DNA from: a virus
Lineage: Duplodnaviria > Caudoviricetes
Direction: 5' to 3' (one strand)
IMG/VR virus record: IMGVR_UViG_3300037067_019009
Coordinates: 64,001 to 128,000 of that record
Length of the DNA: 64,000 bases
Of this stretch, positions 1-12,086 are shown piece by piece; within the stretch, counting starts at the first letter, position 1, and each line of letters begins with the position of its first letter. The position numbers were made by a program, and so were the translations under genes. The notes beneath the pieces were generated by a model. It had not been told where the DNA came from and made no database searches. It was given only the letters and a program-made list of their open reading frames with translations.

Positions 1-157
1 GATCTATCTCACCGCGCTCAGATAGAGCTACAAAAGGCCACAGTCCCTTATTATGGCACCAAGGGCATCTGAAGTTACAGCCTTGGGTGAACAAGACACA
101 GGCTACCTCCCCTGGGTAATCTGATAAGCTGCATGGCTCGTAGCCGCCGATGAACAT
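1..157 (-). CDS. nrdG: Anaerobic ribonucleotide reductase activase (radical SAM), N-terminal part, runs off window start
   Basis: Not in ORF track; manual translation from ATG at 157: MFIGGYEPCSLSDYPGEVACVLFTQGCNFRCPWCHN (DYPG...GCNFRCPWCHN motif); downstream of nrdD. Confidence 0.9.
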   Translation of the reverse strand, partial: MFIGGYEPCSLSDYPGEVACVLFTQGCNFRCPWCHNKGLWPFVALSERGEID

Positions 158-189
158 TACAGTAATCCTACCTTCCATCTTTTGAAAAC

Positions 190-268
190 TGGGGTGGGTG
201 GCGAGATTCGAACTCACGATCTCCGGGGCCACAACCCAGCGCTCTAACCAGCTGAAGCTACACCCACC
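190..268 (-). tRNA. tRNA-His(GUG) with encoded G-1 and CCA
   Basis: Cloverleaf G-GUGGGUG...CUGGG UUGUGGC CCCGG...UUCGAAU...CACCCAC-C-CCA. Confidence 0.95.
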
Positions 269-274
269 TCGACA

Positions 275-350
275 TGGCTCCTTCGCATAGACTCGAACTA
301 CGATCCTACTAGTTAACAGCTAGCCGCTCTGCCGATTGAGCTACGAAGGA
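275..350 (-). tRNA. tRNA-Asn(GUU) with CCA
   Basis: UCCUUCG UAGCUCAAUCGGCAGAGC G GCUAG CUGUUAA CUAGU...GUUCGAGUC...CGAAGGA G CCA. Confidence 0.95.
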
Positions 351-366
351 ACATCTACTAAACGTT

Positions 367-618
367 TTACCAGTTTTTCCAGTCGGTTATGGAGTATGCC
401 TGCGCTAAGCCTCTCATCTCCAGCCTGGGCTCATAAACAGGATCATCTACATACACTTCGGAAAACCTTTTCCAGTAATATCTCCAGGCCCTATTGCATC
501 TGTTCTTATAGTACTTGCCCTCATGCAGTCCCCATCCCCAAGGATGGCGGTTCTTAGAGCCTATCAGCTTCCACTTATTTCGTCTATTGTCAGCGCGAAA
601 CCGCTGTCTGGTACACAT
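367..618 (-). CDS. Hypothetical basic protein
   Basis: GGAGG RBS before ATG; lies between nrdD and the tRNAs. Confidence 0.55.
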   Translation of the reverse strand: MCTRQRFRADNRRNKWKLIGSKNRHPWGWGLHEGKYYKNRCNRAWRYYWKRFSEVYVDDPVYEPRLEMRGLAQAYSITDWKNW

Positions 619-636
619 AATACGAACCTCCTCTAC

Positions 637-2769
637 TTAGCTCATGTCATGTGTAACCCTCCTACCCACATCTTGCAGAGTATAGTGGCTGCGAAGAGCA
701 AACTCAGCTTGCTTACCATTATTCCACTGACTTACCGGGCGCAGGTACCCAACTACGCGTGAATACACTTCTGTAGCGGCCTCACAGGTGGGGCATTTGT
801 CAACCTCGCCATCCAGATAACCATGTGTAGGACAGATAGAAAACGACGGGGTTATAGAGAAGTAAGGAAGCCTATAGTTATCGCAAACAGACCTCACGAA
901 CTTCTTTACCGCTTGTGGATCAGGCTCAGCCTCACCAAGAAACACGTGCAGACAGCTGCCGCCAGTGTAGAGTGTTTGCAGTTCATCCTGGGCATCCAGC
1001 ACCCCGAATATATCGAAAGTCGTGTCTACTGGGAGCTGCGTAGAGTTCGTATAAAACGGTTCAGGGCTTTCAGGGTACGCGAATTTTATATCCGGGTACA
1101 GCTGCTTATCCAGTCTGGCTAGCCGGTAACTGGTACCTTCCGCTGGTGTTGCCTCCAAGTTGTAAAGGCTGCCTGTCTCTTCCTGATAAACGGTAAGCTT
1201 ACCCCTCATGAAATTGAGAACCTCAACAGCAAAAAGCCGACCCTCTTCAGTCGATATATCACTTCCTAGCAGATTAATGCACGCCTCGTTCATTCCTACG
1301 AGCCCTATCGTTGAGAAGTGGTTGGTCCAGTACTTACCGAACCTCCTGAAAGTATCTCTCAAATAAAAACATGTGTATGGGTAAAGCTTCTTGCTGGTAA
1401 ACTGTTCAAGGACATCTCTTTTTATTTCGAGACTCTCTTTAGCTATATCCATAAGCTTACCTAGGCGTACAAAGAACTCCTCTTTGCTTTCAGATAGGTA
1501 GCCCAGCCTTGGCATGTTGATAGTGCAAACTCCCAGCGACCCAGTTAGGCTGTTGGCTCCGAACAGGCCACCACCTCTGCGCTCTAACTGGTCAATCCGT
1601 AGCGATAAGCGACAACACATGCTTCTCGTATCGTCCGGGGACATATCAGATCCTACAAAGTTGGCGAAATACGGAATGCCGTACTTCGCTGTAACTTCCC
1701 ACAGCTTATCTAACTCAAGGTTATTCCAATCAAAATCTTCCGTTATACTATAAGTTGGAATAGGGAAAGTAAATACTCTTCCACATGCATCCCCTTCGGC
1801 CATGACTTCTAGAAAAGCACAGTTGAGCATGGCCATTTCCTTTACAAACTCACCGTAGCATCTGTCCTTGTACTCGCCACCAATAACCACTGGCTGGCTG
1901 GCCAAATGTTCAGGGGGCTGCAAATCAAATGTCAAATTAGTGAAAGGCGTCTGAAATCCTACTCGCGTTGGTACATTTATATTAAAAATAAACTCTTGGA
2001 TCGCTTGCTTTAGTTCTTCATAACTAAGATCATCATAATACACAAACGGAGCTAGAAGCGTATCAAAGTTAGAGAAAGCAGAGGCTCCCGCTACTTCACC
2101 CTGTATAGTGTAGAAAAAGTTAACGATCTGGCCAAGAACAGCACGTAAATGTTTAGCAGGCTTAGATTCTATTTTACCGGCGGCCCCTCTAAACCCAGAG
2201 ACAAGTAGATCTTGCAAAGACCATCCGGAGCAGTAATTCGCAAGTAGACTCAAGTCGTGTATATGAAGATCGCCTCTCACATGGGCCGTCTTTACTCTCT
2301 TAGGATAAATCTTATTAAGCCAATAGGTCTCGCTTACTGTACTGGCCACATAGTTATTAAGTCCCTGCAACGAGTAGGCCATATTAGAGTTCTCTCTTAC
2401 TTTCCAATCAAGCCTTTCCAGATAGTTATCTACCAAAGCTAGATCGGACTTCTTTACAGCCTCTCGCATCTGGGCATGCTGTTCTCTATATATGATATAA
2501 GACTTGGCTGTCGCCCTAAACGGGGTAGCAAGCAGCACTTCTTCGACTATATCCTGCACCTGTTCTACCGAAGGTACCTCGTCTGTGACAGACACCTGCA
2601 TGAGAGATAGTACTTTGTTAGTCAAGGACTTAGCGATGTCGGTAGAAAACTCTCCAGATACTTTCCCAGCAGCCAGAAGAGCAGCAGTTATTTTCCTTGA
2701 ATCGAACTGGACGAGGTTACCGTCCCGCTTGCGTATTTGAGAGAATGCTGGTTTAGCATCAACGGCCAT
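637..2769 (-). CDS. nrdD: Class III anaerobic ribonucleoside-triphosphate reductase with N-terminal ATP cone
   Basis: IRKRDG...FDSRKI ATP cone; HIHDL; RSMCCRL; NLEATPAEG; CPTHG...CPTC; glycyl-radical YSRVVGYLRP. Start set at MAVDAK (ORF extends to 2823). Confidence 0.97.
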   Translation of the reverse strand: MAVDAKPAFSQIRKRDGNLVQFDSRKITAALLAAGKVSGEFSTDIAKSLTNKVLSLMQVSVTDEVPSVEQVQDIVEEVLLATPFRATAKSYIIYREQHAQMREAVKKSDLALVDNYLERLDWKVRENSNMAYSLQGLNNYVASTVSETYWLNKIYPKRVKTAHVRGDLHIHDLSLLANYCSGWSLQDLLVSGFRGAAGKIESKPAKHLRAVLGQIVNFFYTIQGEVAGASAFSNFDTLLAPFVYYDDLSYEELKQAIQEFIFNINVPTRVGFQTPFTNLTFDLQPPEHLASQPVVIGGEYKDRCYGEFVKEMAMLNCAFLEVMAEGDACGRVFTFPIPTYSITEDFDWNNLELDKLWEVTAKYGIPYFANFVGSDMSPDDTRSMCCRLSLRIDQLERRGGGLFGANSLTGSLGVCTINMPRLGYLSESKEEFFVRLGKLMDIAKESLEIKRDVLEQFTSKKLYPYTCFYLRDTFRRFGKYWTNHFSTIGLVGMNEACINLLGSDISTEEGRLFAVEVLNFMRGKLTVYQEETGSLYNLEATPAEGTSYRLARLDKQLYPDIKFAYPESPEPFYTNSTQLPVDTTFDIFGVLDAQDELQTLYTGGSCLHVFLGEAEPDPQAVKKFVRSVCDNYRLPYFSITPSFSICPTHGYLDGEVDKCPTCEAATEVYSRVVGYLRPVSQWNNGKQAEFALRSHYTLQDVGRRVTHDMS

Positions 2770-2936
2770 AAAAATAAGAAGCCCCCTATAAGTTAGTAAC
2801 AGCCGGTCTATGACCGGCCGCATACTATATTATAGGCATCATTTCCCTAAAACTAAGGAGGCTGGCTATTTTTTCTTATAATTATTTATAGTCTTGGAAC
2901 ATCCGTTACACATGTAACTCCAGCAAGCCCGTGCCG

Positions 2937-3542
2937 CTATACAAACATACGATCATAGAAAGCGAGACTATGCGTTTTATTGGGCGCGTCATTTATATAA
3001 AGATCCTTACCCTCAAACCTGGCGTACTTGAGACAGTCAGCGGAAAACCTAGTACTCTGCTTCGTCGTCAGCGAGTTACCTTCCGACATTTGTGTCCCTT
3101 TTACAGTAACTACGAATTCCTTCGTCGAGTCTACACATGCGATATTACACATGATGCCATCCATACATATGATACATGCCCTACTCACCAGGTTGCATAA
3201 CCGCCTATACTTAGCACCGAGTTTAGCATCCTCTTCCATATCCTCGAACTTGGCATTGACCCTCTCTACCAGGTTTACAAACCTAGAGATTGCACGGCTC
3301 CTGGCTAAGGCTTTGCCAATTTTCCTGTTCTTCTGATCCCCTGGGGAAAGTTTAGCTACCCCAACAGTCACGTAGGTCTTACCTTCATAGATTCCGGTGA
3401 TGGAAACTACTGTAGTACTTTCGGCATAGTCTACGAACTCACGTATCTCAGTAACCCCGATCCATTTTAGATAGTCTGGATCCGTTATAGATCCTTCCGG
3501 CAGAATGTCTTCCAGTTTATTGTTTATTAATCCTTTCCTCAT
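2937..3542 (-). CDS. Hypothetical protein
   Basis: 201-aa ORF, co-oriented, start overlaps upstream stop. Confidence 0.7.
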   Translation of the reverse strand: MRKGLINNKLEDILPEGSITDPDYLKWIGVTEIREFVDYAESTTVVSITGIYEGKTYVTVGVAKLSPGDQKNRKIGKALARSRAISRFVNLVERVNAKFEDMEEDAKLGAKYRRLCNLVSRACIICMDGIMCNIACVDSTKEFVVTVKGTQMSEGNSLTTKQSTRFSADCLKYARFEGKDLYINDAPNKTHSLAFYDRMFV

Positions 3543-3779
3543 TTACTAATCTCCTCCGTTATTTCTGAACCATCCCAGTGAAACTCCGTAGTCTCCGGGT
3601 TGCCCTCATCCACTATCTCATCATACCCGCACTGATCAAGAAGCGCCTCCGCCTCTTCCTTGCTGCCTGCATCTATACTGACTACCACATCACTCTCACG
3701 CGTGACCATTTCCCCGCGAAATAAATAAGTAGGCATAGCAATCCTCCTCTTCAACTAGCTGGCTTACCTGCACATTTCT

Positions 3780-4067
3780 CTATATGTCAAAGCGAAAATA
3801 AAGATACCCGCCATCCCCATCCTCCGCAATCAATAACGCATCACTCGGTATATCTATTTCTTCTATCTCTGTACCGTAGCGTAAAGCATCTTCCTCGCGG
3901 TAGGTAACCCAAATCACAGCTTCCGCCGGATCGTTTTCCAACGAGTCAAGCAGGCGGTCGGGTATATCTATTCTATTACCAAGTGTATCACGTTCGTACC
4001 TGATTACATCCGCGGCAGTAACTCCCTTAGAATGCGTGTACCCAGTATAAGCTCTGTACGTAATCAT
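3780..4067 (-). CDS. Hypothetical protein
   Basis: 95-aa ORF abutting neighbours. Confidence 0.6.
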   Translation of the reverse strand: MITYRAYTGYTHSKGVTAADVIRYERDTLGNRIDIPDRLLDSLENDPAEAVIWVTYREEDALRYGTEIEEIDIPSDALLIAEDGDGGYLYFRFDI

Positions 4068-4287
4068 TTAATCAGTTACCTGCTGACCAACATTGGCGGT
4101 GTTAAGTAGTTCCCTGACCTCGTCCCAGTCGGTATGCTCCTTCATCAACCTGCGTATTTCCTTCGTAAGTTGTGGTACTACTTTTCTCGCCATGGCCGCG
4201 GCGATGATAGTATCCTGCCCAGCGCATGCTTTGTCTATAGCATCTAGAGCCGCACACGTAAATCTCATCTTATCCATACAACACTCC

Positions 4288-4569
4288 CTACAAATCAAGA
4301 TCATTCAGCTTCATATCAGGATTGGAGGTCAATCTAACAACCCACTCCTGATGCCCAACTTCCGCCAGTTCTCTGGACTCATACTGCTGAACTATTATCC
4401 AAGAGCCTTTATCCCTGCTAATTCCCGTCTCCCACGTCTCTGTATCATACGCGATGCACGTATCTACTACAACCCCGCTATTAAGCTTAGTATTGAATAC
4501 GTCGTTTCTAAACGGATTACCTATTGTCATGGCCCAAAACAGCTTTAATGCGAAGGGGTCTTTATTCAC
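4288..4569 (-). CDS. Hypothetical phage protein
   Basis: 93-aa ORF coupled to the phosphoesterase gene. Confidence 0.6.
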   Translation of the reverse strand: MNKDPFALKLFWAMTIGNPFRNDVFNTKLNSGVVVDTCIAYDTETWETGISRDKGSWIIVQQYESRELAEVGHQEWVVRLTSNPDMKLNDLDL

Positions 4570-5150
4570 TACTTACTTATTTCCTTTCCAACTCCATGAG
4601 TAAGCCGGTAGTCGATATCTAGCAGCCTCTCTACCACATCCGTTAGTAGATAAGGTTTGAACTCATTGGTGTCTACTCCGACATCTATACTCCTACCATA
4701 ACCATCTAAGGTACCATGAGAATGACCGAACAAATGAAAAGACCCATAATGGCTACAGTCCCACACCCGCATAGCGTAATGGCTCATGACCAAAGGCACC
4801 GGGTACCCCTCACCAATATCTATAGATATGGTATAAAGATCATACACCATATCAAACAACCACTCATCTATCGCCTTATCATGGTTCCCCCGTATCAGTA
4901 TCTTTTTCCCGGGTGGCGATCCTGGGTACCCCATATCGGTAAAGAACTCCTGATATAAGGGGTACTCCTTTCTGGGGTTCCACCAGAAGTCACCAAGAAT
5001 GTACACGGTATCTTCTTCGGATATCGTAGAGTACCAGTTGTCCAGGATAGTTCTATTCATATCTTCTACAGAAGAAAATGGGCGCCCACAGTACTTTATA
5101 ATATTAGTATGATTGAGATGGAGATCAGCGGTTACAAAAACCTTACTCAT
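4569..5150 (-). CDS. Calcineurin-like metallophosphoesterase
   Basis: Motifs ADLH, LGDF, RGNHD, SHY, GHSHG, DVGVD. Confidence 0.92.
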   Translation of the reverse strand: MSKVFVTADLHLNHTNIIKYCGRPFSSVEDMNRTILDNWYSTISEEDTVYILGDFWWNPRKEYPLYQEFFTDMGYPGSPPGKKILIRGNHDKAIDEWLFDMVYDLYTISIDIGEGYPVPLVMSHYAMRVWDCSHYGSFHLFGHSHGTLDGYGRSIDVGVDTNEFKPYLLTDVVERLLDIDYRLTHGVGKEISK

Positions 5151-5430
5151 TTATTTTTTACTTTCCTTTACGCTTGCCTAACTCTTAGCATCGAAGGCCG
5201 CTTGTTTCCCGCACTTAGCACACGTCCAAATGTCATTCGGATTGGGCCAAGTAACTACTCCCTCGTCCCCAACAATTTCCCTTATAAAATCTCCGCTGGG
5301 AGTGACCTCCCAAGTCTCAACAACAACTGCGTTGACAAAAAACGTAGTATCTGTCCCATGCTCTGGGCAAACAGCTTTGGTTATCATAACTTTCCCCTAT
5401 ATAAACAAGAAGTTACAAACACACTACTTA

Positions 5431-5733
5431 CTATAACTTAGCTGGTGATGATTTGGCAGAGCAGTCTACCTCGGCCATACTTATAAGGAAAGCTACTTTA
5501 TCCTCAACACCGCTCGGTATGCTACCATACTCATAATAGAACCTAAGCTCCCCAAACTTCTCTTTGATTTGGTTAAGCCTGTATCCTGGAGCCAGCTTAG
5601 CTATTTCCTTATCCAACTCCAGTATTATATTATCCCAGCGCTGTGGGTAGGCCAACTCTGCTGGCCATGGATCGACAAACCTGGCTAGTACGGCAGCCAT
5701 CTTCTCAGACCTAGCACACTTTGCGCATTCCAT
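5431..5733 (-). CDS. Conserved phage protein (QIKEKFGxLRFY motif)
   Basis: QIKEKFGELRFYY motif typical of a phage hypothetical family. Confidence 0.7.
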   Translation of the reverse strand: MECAKCARSEKMAAVLARFVDPWPAELAYPQRWDNIILELDKEIAKLAPGYRLNQIKEKFGELRFYYEYGSIPSGVEDKVAFLISMAEVDCSAKSSPAKL

Positions 5734-6453
5734 TATCTGTCCCTTCTATTTTCTACTCTTTTTCCTTTCTTTATAAGTAGCAAACTAAACCTCATAAAGA
5801 AACGTTATGTAGACACAGAGCTATTAGTGCTCTTGGGTCACCCATGCTAGCTCTCTTTATAACAAAGATGAGCGCATCTTGGTCTGTTTCAAACTGGTCC
5901 GCCTCATCAAGCTTCTGTATTTCAAACTTATCATCGCATCTAAACAAGGCCCAGCCATCATTCATACTCCCACAAGCAATAAGCGGTTCTCCACCTCCCA
6001 TTACCGACCTAATTTCGTGGATTACCATCATAACTTGGTCATCGTTCATATAGATTTCTCCTAAAACCTAGTCACTGTCACAGTTGTCTTCCACAGCTGG
6101 ATTAGAAACAGTTGTAAGGTCAGTATCCCATGTCCACTCGACATCCGCAAAATTAAGCGCGTAGTCTTCGACTGCCATATCGAAAATGCCATGGCTTCTA
6201 AGAATATCACGGAAGTCGGGATCATTATAATGAAAGAAAAGGTCATGAAGATCAAACTTCTCTCCGTGTTTACCCCAATAAAACTTCCCGTACTCAGTCT
6301 GAATCCACTCAGTGACGACATGGCTAAGCGTTTCAAAGAACCGCCTATTCGAACCACAGCCTCCCTGCTCATATCCAGCAACCTTGGCGTATATTACCTT
6401 AAGACGAGGATTGTCTTCATCTCTAGTATCTGGAATAAGGTAAGCTATATTAT

Positions 6454-6825
6454 TCATCCCATATGCTCCCTATGGCCATTGAAGACCTCTTCAATCCAAT
6501 CGAACAATGAGTAAGGGATAGTGTTATCGCTAGTACTCTCGATAACCAGCACCTCTTTCTTGTCCTCAGCAAGCTTTTTTATCCAGTAATTATCTTGACA
6601 GTAATAGTTATCTGCCACTAAAGCGGTGGCTGAGATTAAGTAGGGTTTTTTGAAGCAGCCACTGAAGGAGTAACTACTAGCACTCTGCTTATTAAACAGC
6701 CCGAGTAGATCACGGAGCATTTTCTCTACTGCTTCTGGTGTCTTATCCGTTTCGCAAACGAACAACTCAGAGCTCGAGTTGGTGATAACATCCACCATAG
6801 AATCTATCGCAATAATTAGTCTCAA
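6454..6825 (-). CDS. TNSS-motif protein, type A copy 1
   Basis: DVITNSSSELFVC...ESTSDNTIPYSLFDWIE; paralog of 13614..13991. Confidence 0.8.
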   Translation of the reverse strand: MRLIIAIDSMVDVITNSSSELFVCETDKTPEAVEKMLRDLLGLFNKQSASSYSFSGCFKKPYLISATALVADNYYCQDNYWIKKLAEDKKEVLVIESTSDNTIPYSLFDWIEEVFNGHREHMG

Positions 6826-7461
6826 CTTTTTCTCCTTAGTCTATTATCTTCCACACCCGCAACCACCTAGAGTTGTTCGTCCCGGGAGCATCAAACTGCA
6901 GGCCACTTATTCCCCATGGAGAAAAATTCAAACCATACCACTGTTTAGAGAAAGTTCCGCAGTGATATGTTACACCTTCTCCTGAGTCGAGCTTGATCAG
7001 ATAATAATCGCCTATTACTATATCTGGGTGACAGCACCCTTCTCCTCTTCCAAGATCTACCTCTTCAAGTTTCACGTCCCATTTCCTATCTCTCGCACCT
7101 AACTACTCAGACTCTATCATCTTAAGAACAGCCTGTCTAACCACGGCTGGATCAAGAAACACACCATCACTATCATAGTTAAATGTTAAAGTCACTCTAG
7201 CAAAAGTGGTTCCTGCCGTATCATCTAATCCGCTAGCCCAATTCATTGCCACATCAAATTCGAGATCCACTTCCCCTTCACCAGAATCGTCTGGACCAGA
7301 CCAGCTTGGGCACTCCAAGCCTCCTCTAAATATCCAACTAGCAAGGAAATCAATATTATGGTTATCCTCTTTTATATCGGAAAGCGTCCTTGTAAGAAAA
7401 GCCTCAATTTCCGTATAGTCTAGTTCCACTAGCATCTGCCAGCCCTCCCGTAATCCTTTGA

Positions 7462-7893
7462 TTACCCATCTCGCCAGGCTTCCTGCCTGAATAGAGCAAG
7501 GAAAGCCTTTGCTATATTGTAGCTATCCTTCCCTTTTGGAGTGATGAACAACATTGTATGAGGATAGCCATATTCATTTTCTGGGTAGTTCGCCTGACTC
7601 AGGTTCGCCTTATAGGCTTCGAATTCTTCTTTCGTAGCGTCAGCCGGCAGGTCATCAAGCAGACCATCCATCCATTCCGAAAGTAAAACGTCTTCACCCT
7701 CTTCAGTGAGCTCTAAACCAAAATCGAAATAATCATCCGGGCAGCCCGGCACTCCCATGGCATTCATTATTTCCGACATAACGCTTTTGGCAGCAGCCAC
7801 GCTGCTCTGCGTTGCCCAGGTAAAAATAGTCGTAGACGAGTTTGTTATTACATCCACAACAGAAGATATAGACACCTTAATCCCTTGCGTCAT
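7462..7893 (-). CDS. TNSS-motif protein, type B copy 1
   Basis: DVITNSSTTIFTW...AAKSVMSEIMNAMGV...DDYFD; paralog of 12968..13378. Confidence 0.8.
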   Translation of the reverse strand: MTQGIKVSISSVVDVITNSSTTIFTWATQSSVAAAKSVMSEIMNAMGVPGCPDDYFDFGLELTEEGEDVLLSEWMDGLLDDLPADATKEEFEAYKANLSQANYPENEYGYPHTMLFITPKGKDSYNIAKAFLALFRQEAWRDG

Positions 7894-10070
7894 CTTATTA
7901 GCGCTCCTTATCCATCAGTGTGTAGTTCCTTTTCTCCGAGACAAACGCGGCACACCCACAAACGACACACTTACCAAGCCTCAGCCTACGATAGTCTACC
8001 AGCCGCATACCGAATTTTGTGGCACACTCTTTACACATAAGCCCTATTACTTCCGACCACCTCATCTGTTATGAACCTGCCTCTCCTCCGCCTTCAATCT
8101 GTTCCGCTATGCGCCTAGCTTCCATCTTATACTCCGCGTTGTTACATATGTAATCGTAATCTACGCAGGAGACACAGCCCGAGCCCTTGACGGTATTCAT
8201 TAGAAACCTCGCCTGCGTCTTAGCCTGGCAGTTCTCACAAACAACTGGCGTTTGGCCATAGATAGCCACCAACTCCTCCAGACGTTTTATTCTCGTCTCA
8301 TAGCACTCTCTGCTATTTGCTTCATGAGTATCATAGCTATTATGGCATACCCTACAGTATATTGGCTTTTCCATTGCGACCCTACCTTAATGACTTCTTA
8401 TACAGCTTGGGGTAGGTTTCCTTCATCCAAGCTATCCCATCTTCCGTTTGCGATACTTGAGTTGCTAACTCACAGAGAGTTCTGGTAAGAGCAGATGTAT
8501 CATAGCTAATCTCCGCTTTGCCTGTGACTACATCTTCCACATTTGAATCGAACCCGTCCTGAAGCAAACCATCGATATCAGTAATCGCGCATTTCGCTAT
8601 CGTCACTGATTCCTCGACTACTTTAGGTATTTTCTCTATAGCATCCATTAGACCCTGGACCGGAAAGTTATACTCTATTGCTGATTCTACTGCTTCTAGT
8701 TCTTCGATTGGTGCAGAATCATACCAATCCCGCGCATCTCGCAGCGCCTGTTCTACGATAGCTAACTTCATAGTTTCACCACCTCTCTTTTAACTATTCA
8801 ACCACCTGCGTAGATTTCGTACGTGTACAGCACATAGCACTACTACAGATAGTAAGAGCCCCCACTGTCTTGTATTTACTGTGTAGATGCCCCATAATAC
8901 TTGACTGCCTAAACCGGATATTGGACCAGCGATAGTTTTATTTCCCATCAACCACATGTTTAAGATAGTACTTACTGATAGCACCCATGTCATTTCACTT
9001 CTCCTGTGCCTACTTCTCAGCACACATCATATTACCGGCACCTATAGCATCAGCTCCTCGGAAACGTCTCCATTCACTGCAATGTGCAGTATATTGCCGG
9101 ACTCGAATCCAACTACCTCGTAACATATATCAGTCATCAGACCTCCTCCAGTGATAGCTGTAGATAAGTAGTCTAACAGTAACTCTAGCCCACTTTCTAC
9201 AACGCGAAGCGGTACTCTTACTACCCTGTCTATGCGTGCATTAAAATCTACTGCGTCCAGAAGCTGCTTAGTCGTGAGTGGGGCTTCTAGTATGCTATAA
9301 CCGGCCTCCGTTTCCTTCAAGACTCCAGAAAAATCTATAGCCTCAATCGCTTCCAGCACCATACGTCCTAACTCATCGGCTATTTCCCTTCGTCTTTTTT
9401 CATGCGGGCATATCATGCGTACACCTTCCCGTAAGCACCTTTAACAATGTGCTTTACGTTGGTTTTCCTCTCTTTTTACCTTCACTTGTTTAAGCGCTTC
9501 CGCTTTAGTTGCAAATAACTTATCTTCCTTACAGGTGTCCAATTTACCATTATCACAATCGAAAAATTTATAAAATACCTGCCCAAGAGCATTATAAGTT
9601 ACACTCACTAGTTCGACCTTGGTTAGCTTCCAGTCATTAAATATACTTTTCACTCCACATGTTTTGCATGGTTTATCATAAACCACTATCGGTTGTAACC
9701 ACCAGACTTTTGTCCGTGGATTGCATATATTGAATTTAAGTTCGGGTTTGATAATTGTCACTAGTCTACCTCCACAACTTTAGTTCGCTTTGAGGAACCA
9801 TATCCTCTAAGCTAATTATAGTGACCGGATAAGCTCCTTCGGCGGAAGGCTCGCAGTCTATAAAAGTGACTTCAGTCTCAGAGTCTTCCAGTTCTTCCCT
9901 CCAATACTTATGCACTACATCCTTCGGGAGCGGGAAGTCCTCATCTAGTGGTGAAACCTCCAGCACCTCCTCTTGGAATCTGCATACCGCAAGGCAAAAA
10001 ACTTCTGGAAGATGATGGCCCTTGGACCAGTAACCCCCAGGCTCCCCAGACAAGCAGAACATATCTATAT

Positions 10071-10994
10071 TTAGTTCGTAAGGCTCTTGATAGCCCTCAG
10101 GATACACACCCATAACCCACTTCCTTTATCTTGAGATATAATTCTACTAAGAGACCCATACCTCTCTTCCAAGCAGCTCAGCAGAAGCCCATGGATCTTA
10201 TCTACATCCGGCGAATACTGAAGTTTGGAGCTAAGGTAGAGAGCCTCTAGTTCGATTTCCCGTCTCTTGAAGTGGGCTTCTATGTCTTCAGCGGCCCACT
10301 CCCCACGCCTGATACTTTTCAGCTGCTCGCGATTCCTCTCCAGGTCCAAGTCTCCTTCTTCCAGTATCTGCTCTGCCTCAGCTATAAGGCGAATCACATG
10401 GTAACCAAACTTGACATCGTATCCGTACTCCTCTATCATCTCTCTCCGCTTGCTGCCTGGCTCAGGATTCTTGCTTTTCATCTTAGAAACCTGGCTGTAA
10501 GCGTAACCTTTAAATGTATGCCAGACTTTCTTTGACAGAAATAGCTTCCTATTTTTTCTCACCATCTTCCCTACTTTAGAAGTGTAAAGCAGACAGCGGT
10601 CTGGTACAAATAAGGAGTCTATCATATTGGGGTTACCGTTCATGGTAAGGAGAAAATATTTGCCGATATTGTAAATTGCGAAGTCATGTTCTACGTGTGT
10701 GTCTGGGTGGATGATATGTTGGGGATTATACTGCTCGAAGGAAGGGCCGTAGGGGCCGAATCCCTGGACCTCTTTTCTGAGGCTCGGGAACAGGTAGTCT
10801 AGCGGAGGCGTAGCAAATCCGTAGATATCCCGGTCGCTCCCGCCGGAGGATACCGCGTAAGCCTCACTGCCCATGATGACTTCGTAATCCAGGCCATCAT
10901 AGATGAAGGGTGGCGGGGTCGCTAGCAGTTGGCTATCGATAAACTTACGAACAATACTCGACATGCCTTCCTCACTAATCCTCGTAATCTTCAA
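10071..10994 (-). CDS. Pol-beta superfamily nucleotidyltransferase (RlaP/YcgL-like)
   Basis: GSEAY...SDRDIYG, GNPNMIDSLF, FKGYAYSQ, GYDVKFGYHVIRL. Confidence 0.88.
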   Translation of the reverse strand: MKITRISEEGMSSIVRKFIDSQLLATPPPFIYDGLDYEVIMGSEAYAVSSGGSDRDIYGFATPPLDYLFPSLRKEVQGFGPYGPSFEQYNPQHIIHPDTHVEHDFAIYNIGKYFLLTMNGNPNMIDSLFVPDRCLLYTSKVGKMVRKNRKLFLSKKVWHTFKGYAYSQVSKMKSKNPEPGSKRREMIEEYGYDVKFGYHVIRLIAEAEQILEEGDLDLERNREQLKSIRRGEWAAEDIEAHFKRREIELEALYLSSKLQYSPDVDKIHGLLLSCLEERYGSLSRIISQDKGSGLWVCILRAIKSLTN

Positions 10995-12086
10995 TACCTA
11001 CTAGAGTATAGATATCGATCCACTTCTTACCACAAGCAAAGCATTCAGATCTGCCTGAAGCTGTATCTCCATCCGCCTCCAAGGGAGAAATGCCAGTGAC
11101 ATCCTCCGATAGGCAGTATGGGCACCTGAGTCCGCGGCTTTTCAGGTAATTCTTTTTTTGTTCCTCTGTAAGCATCCATTTCCTCCCTTACTATCTGGTG
11201 TAGTCACAATGCTATAAACAATCCATGGATACACCACGTATGTACGCCATGATTCCGGAACCACTATATAGATATCTCTTTTACAATGGTGGCATACTAA
11301 GTAGGCAGATTCACTGGGGTGGCGCTTAGCCCCGAGCTCTGCGGCGTTCTTAGCCTCTGGGAGGCTAAGAAAAGTCGGGAGCTTGCTCAGACTGTAAGAC
11401 ATACCTTCCCTCTATTCTACGCTCAATAATCTCTGCCGGCACTCCAGAACCTGCTAGGAAGCATGAAAGCTTCTACTACCTCGTTATTCTCGACATCAGT
11501 TTTCGTAGCGGGAAAACGTTTACCACAGCGTCGGCACTGCCACTCATAAAAATCCAGGTTGCCTTCAGCATCAAAAGTATGGTAGCTTGGAAGTGGAGCG
11601 ACACTGCCGCCTCCTCCACAGCGTGCAAAACACATATTCCCCCATGCCACCTGGAAGCTACTCGCCACTAGATGTATCATCGCCAGATCGTGATCGCACC
11701 CGAACCTTTGTAACACACTATTGAGTATCCGCTTTATCGCTTCCATCACCACTACCCCACGGCAGTCCGACACGCCGTAACTACAAACGTCCTATCACAA
11801 AAGCTACAAGTGGCTGTCTCTAAGACTTGTAGCTCTCTGTTGTAAGTCCCACACACCGGACATGTCCATGTATAGACTGAGGCTACCATGTCCACACCTA
11901 AACATACCAACTTCTCCGGAGCATAGCAACCCATCGCAGACGCTATCTCCTCTATTGTATCTTTGCCTCTCGCCTTATTTGGATTTAGCCTGGCCGTGCC
12001 ATCATCCCCGATATCCAAATAGAGCAGCTTATGGATAGTTCCCAGTATACGTACCAACTCATCTTTAGATGGGTCTCTGAACTCCT

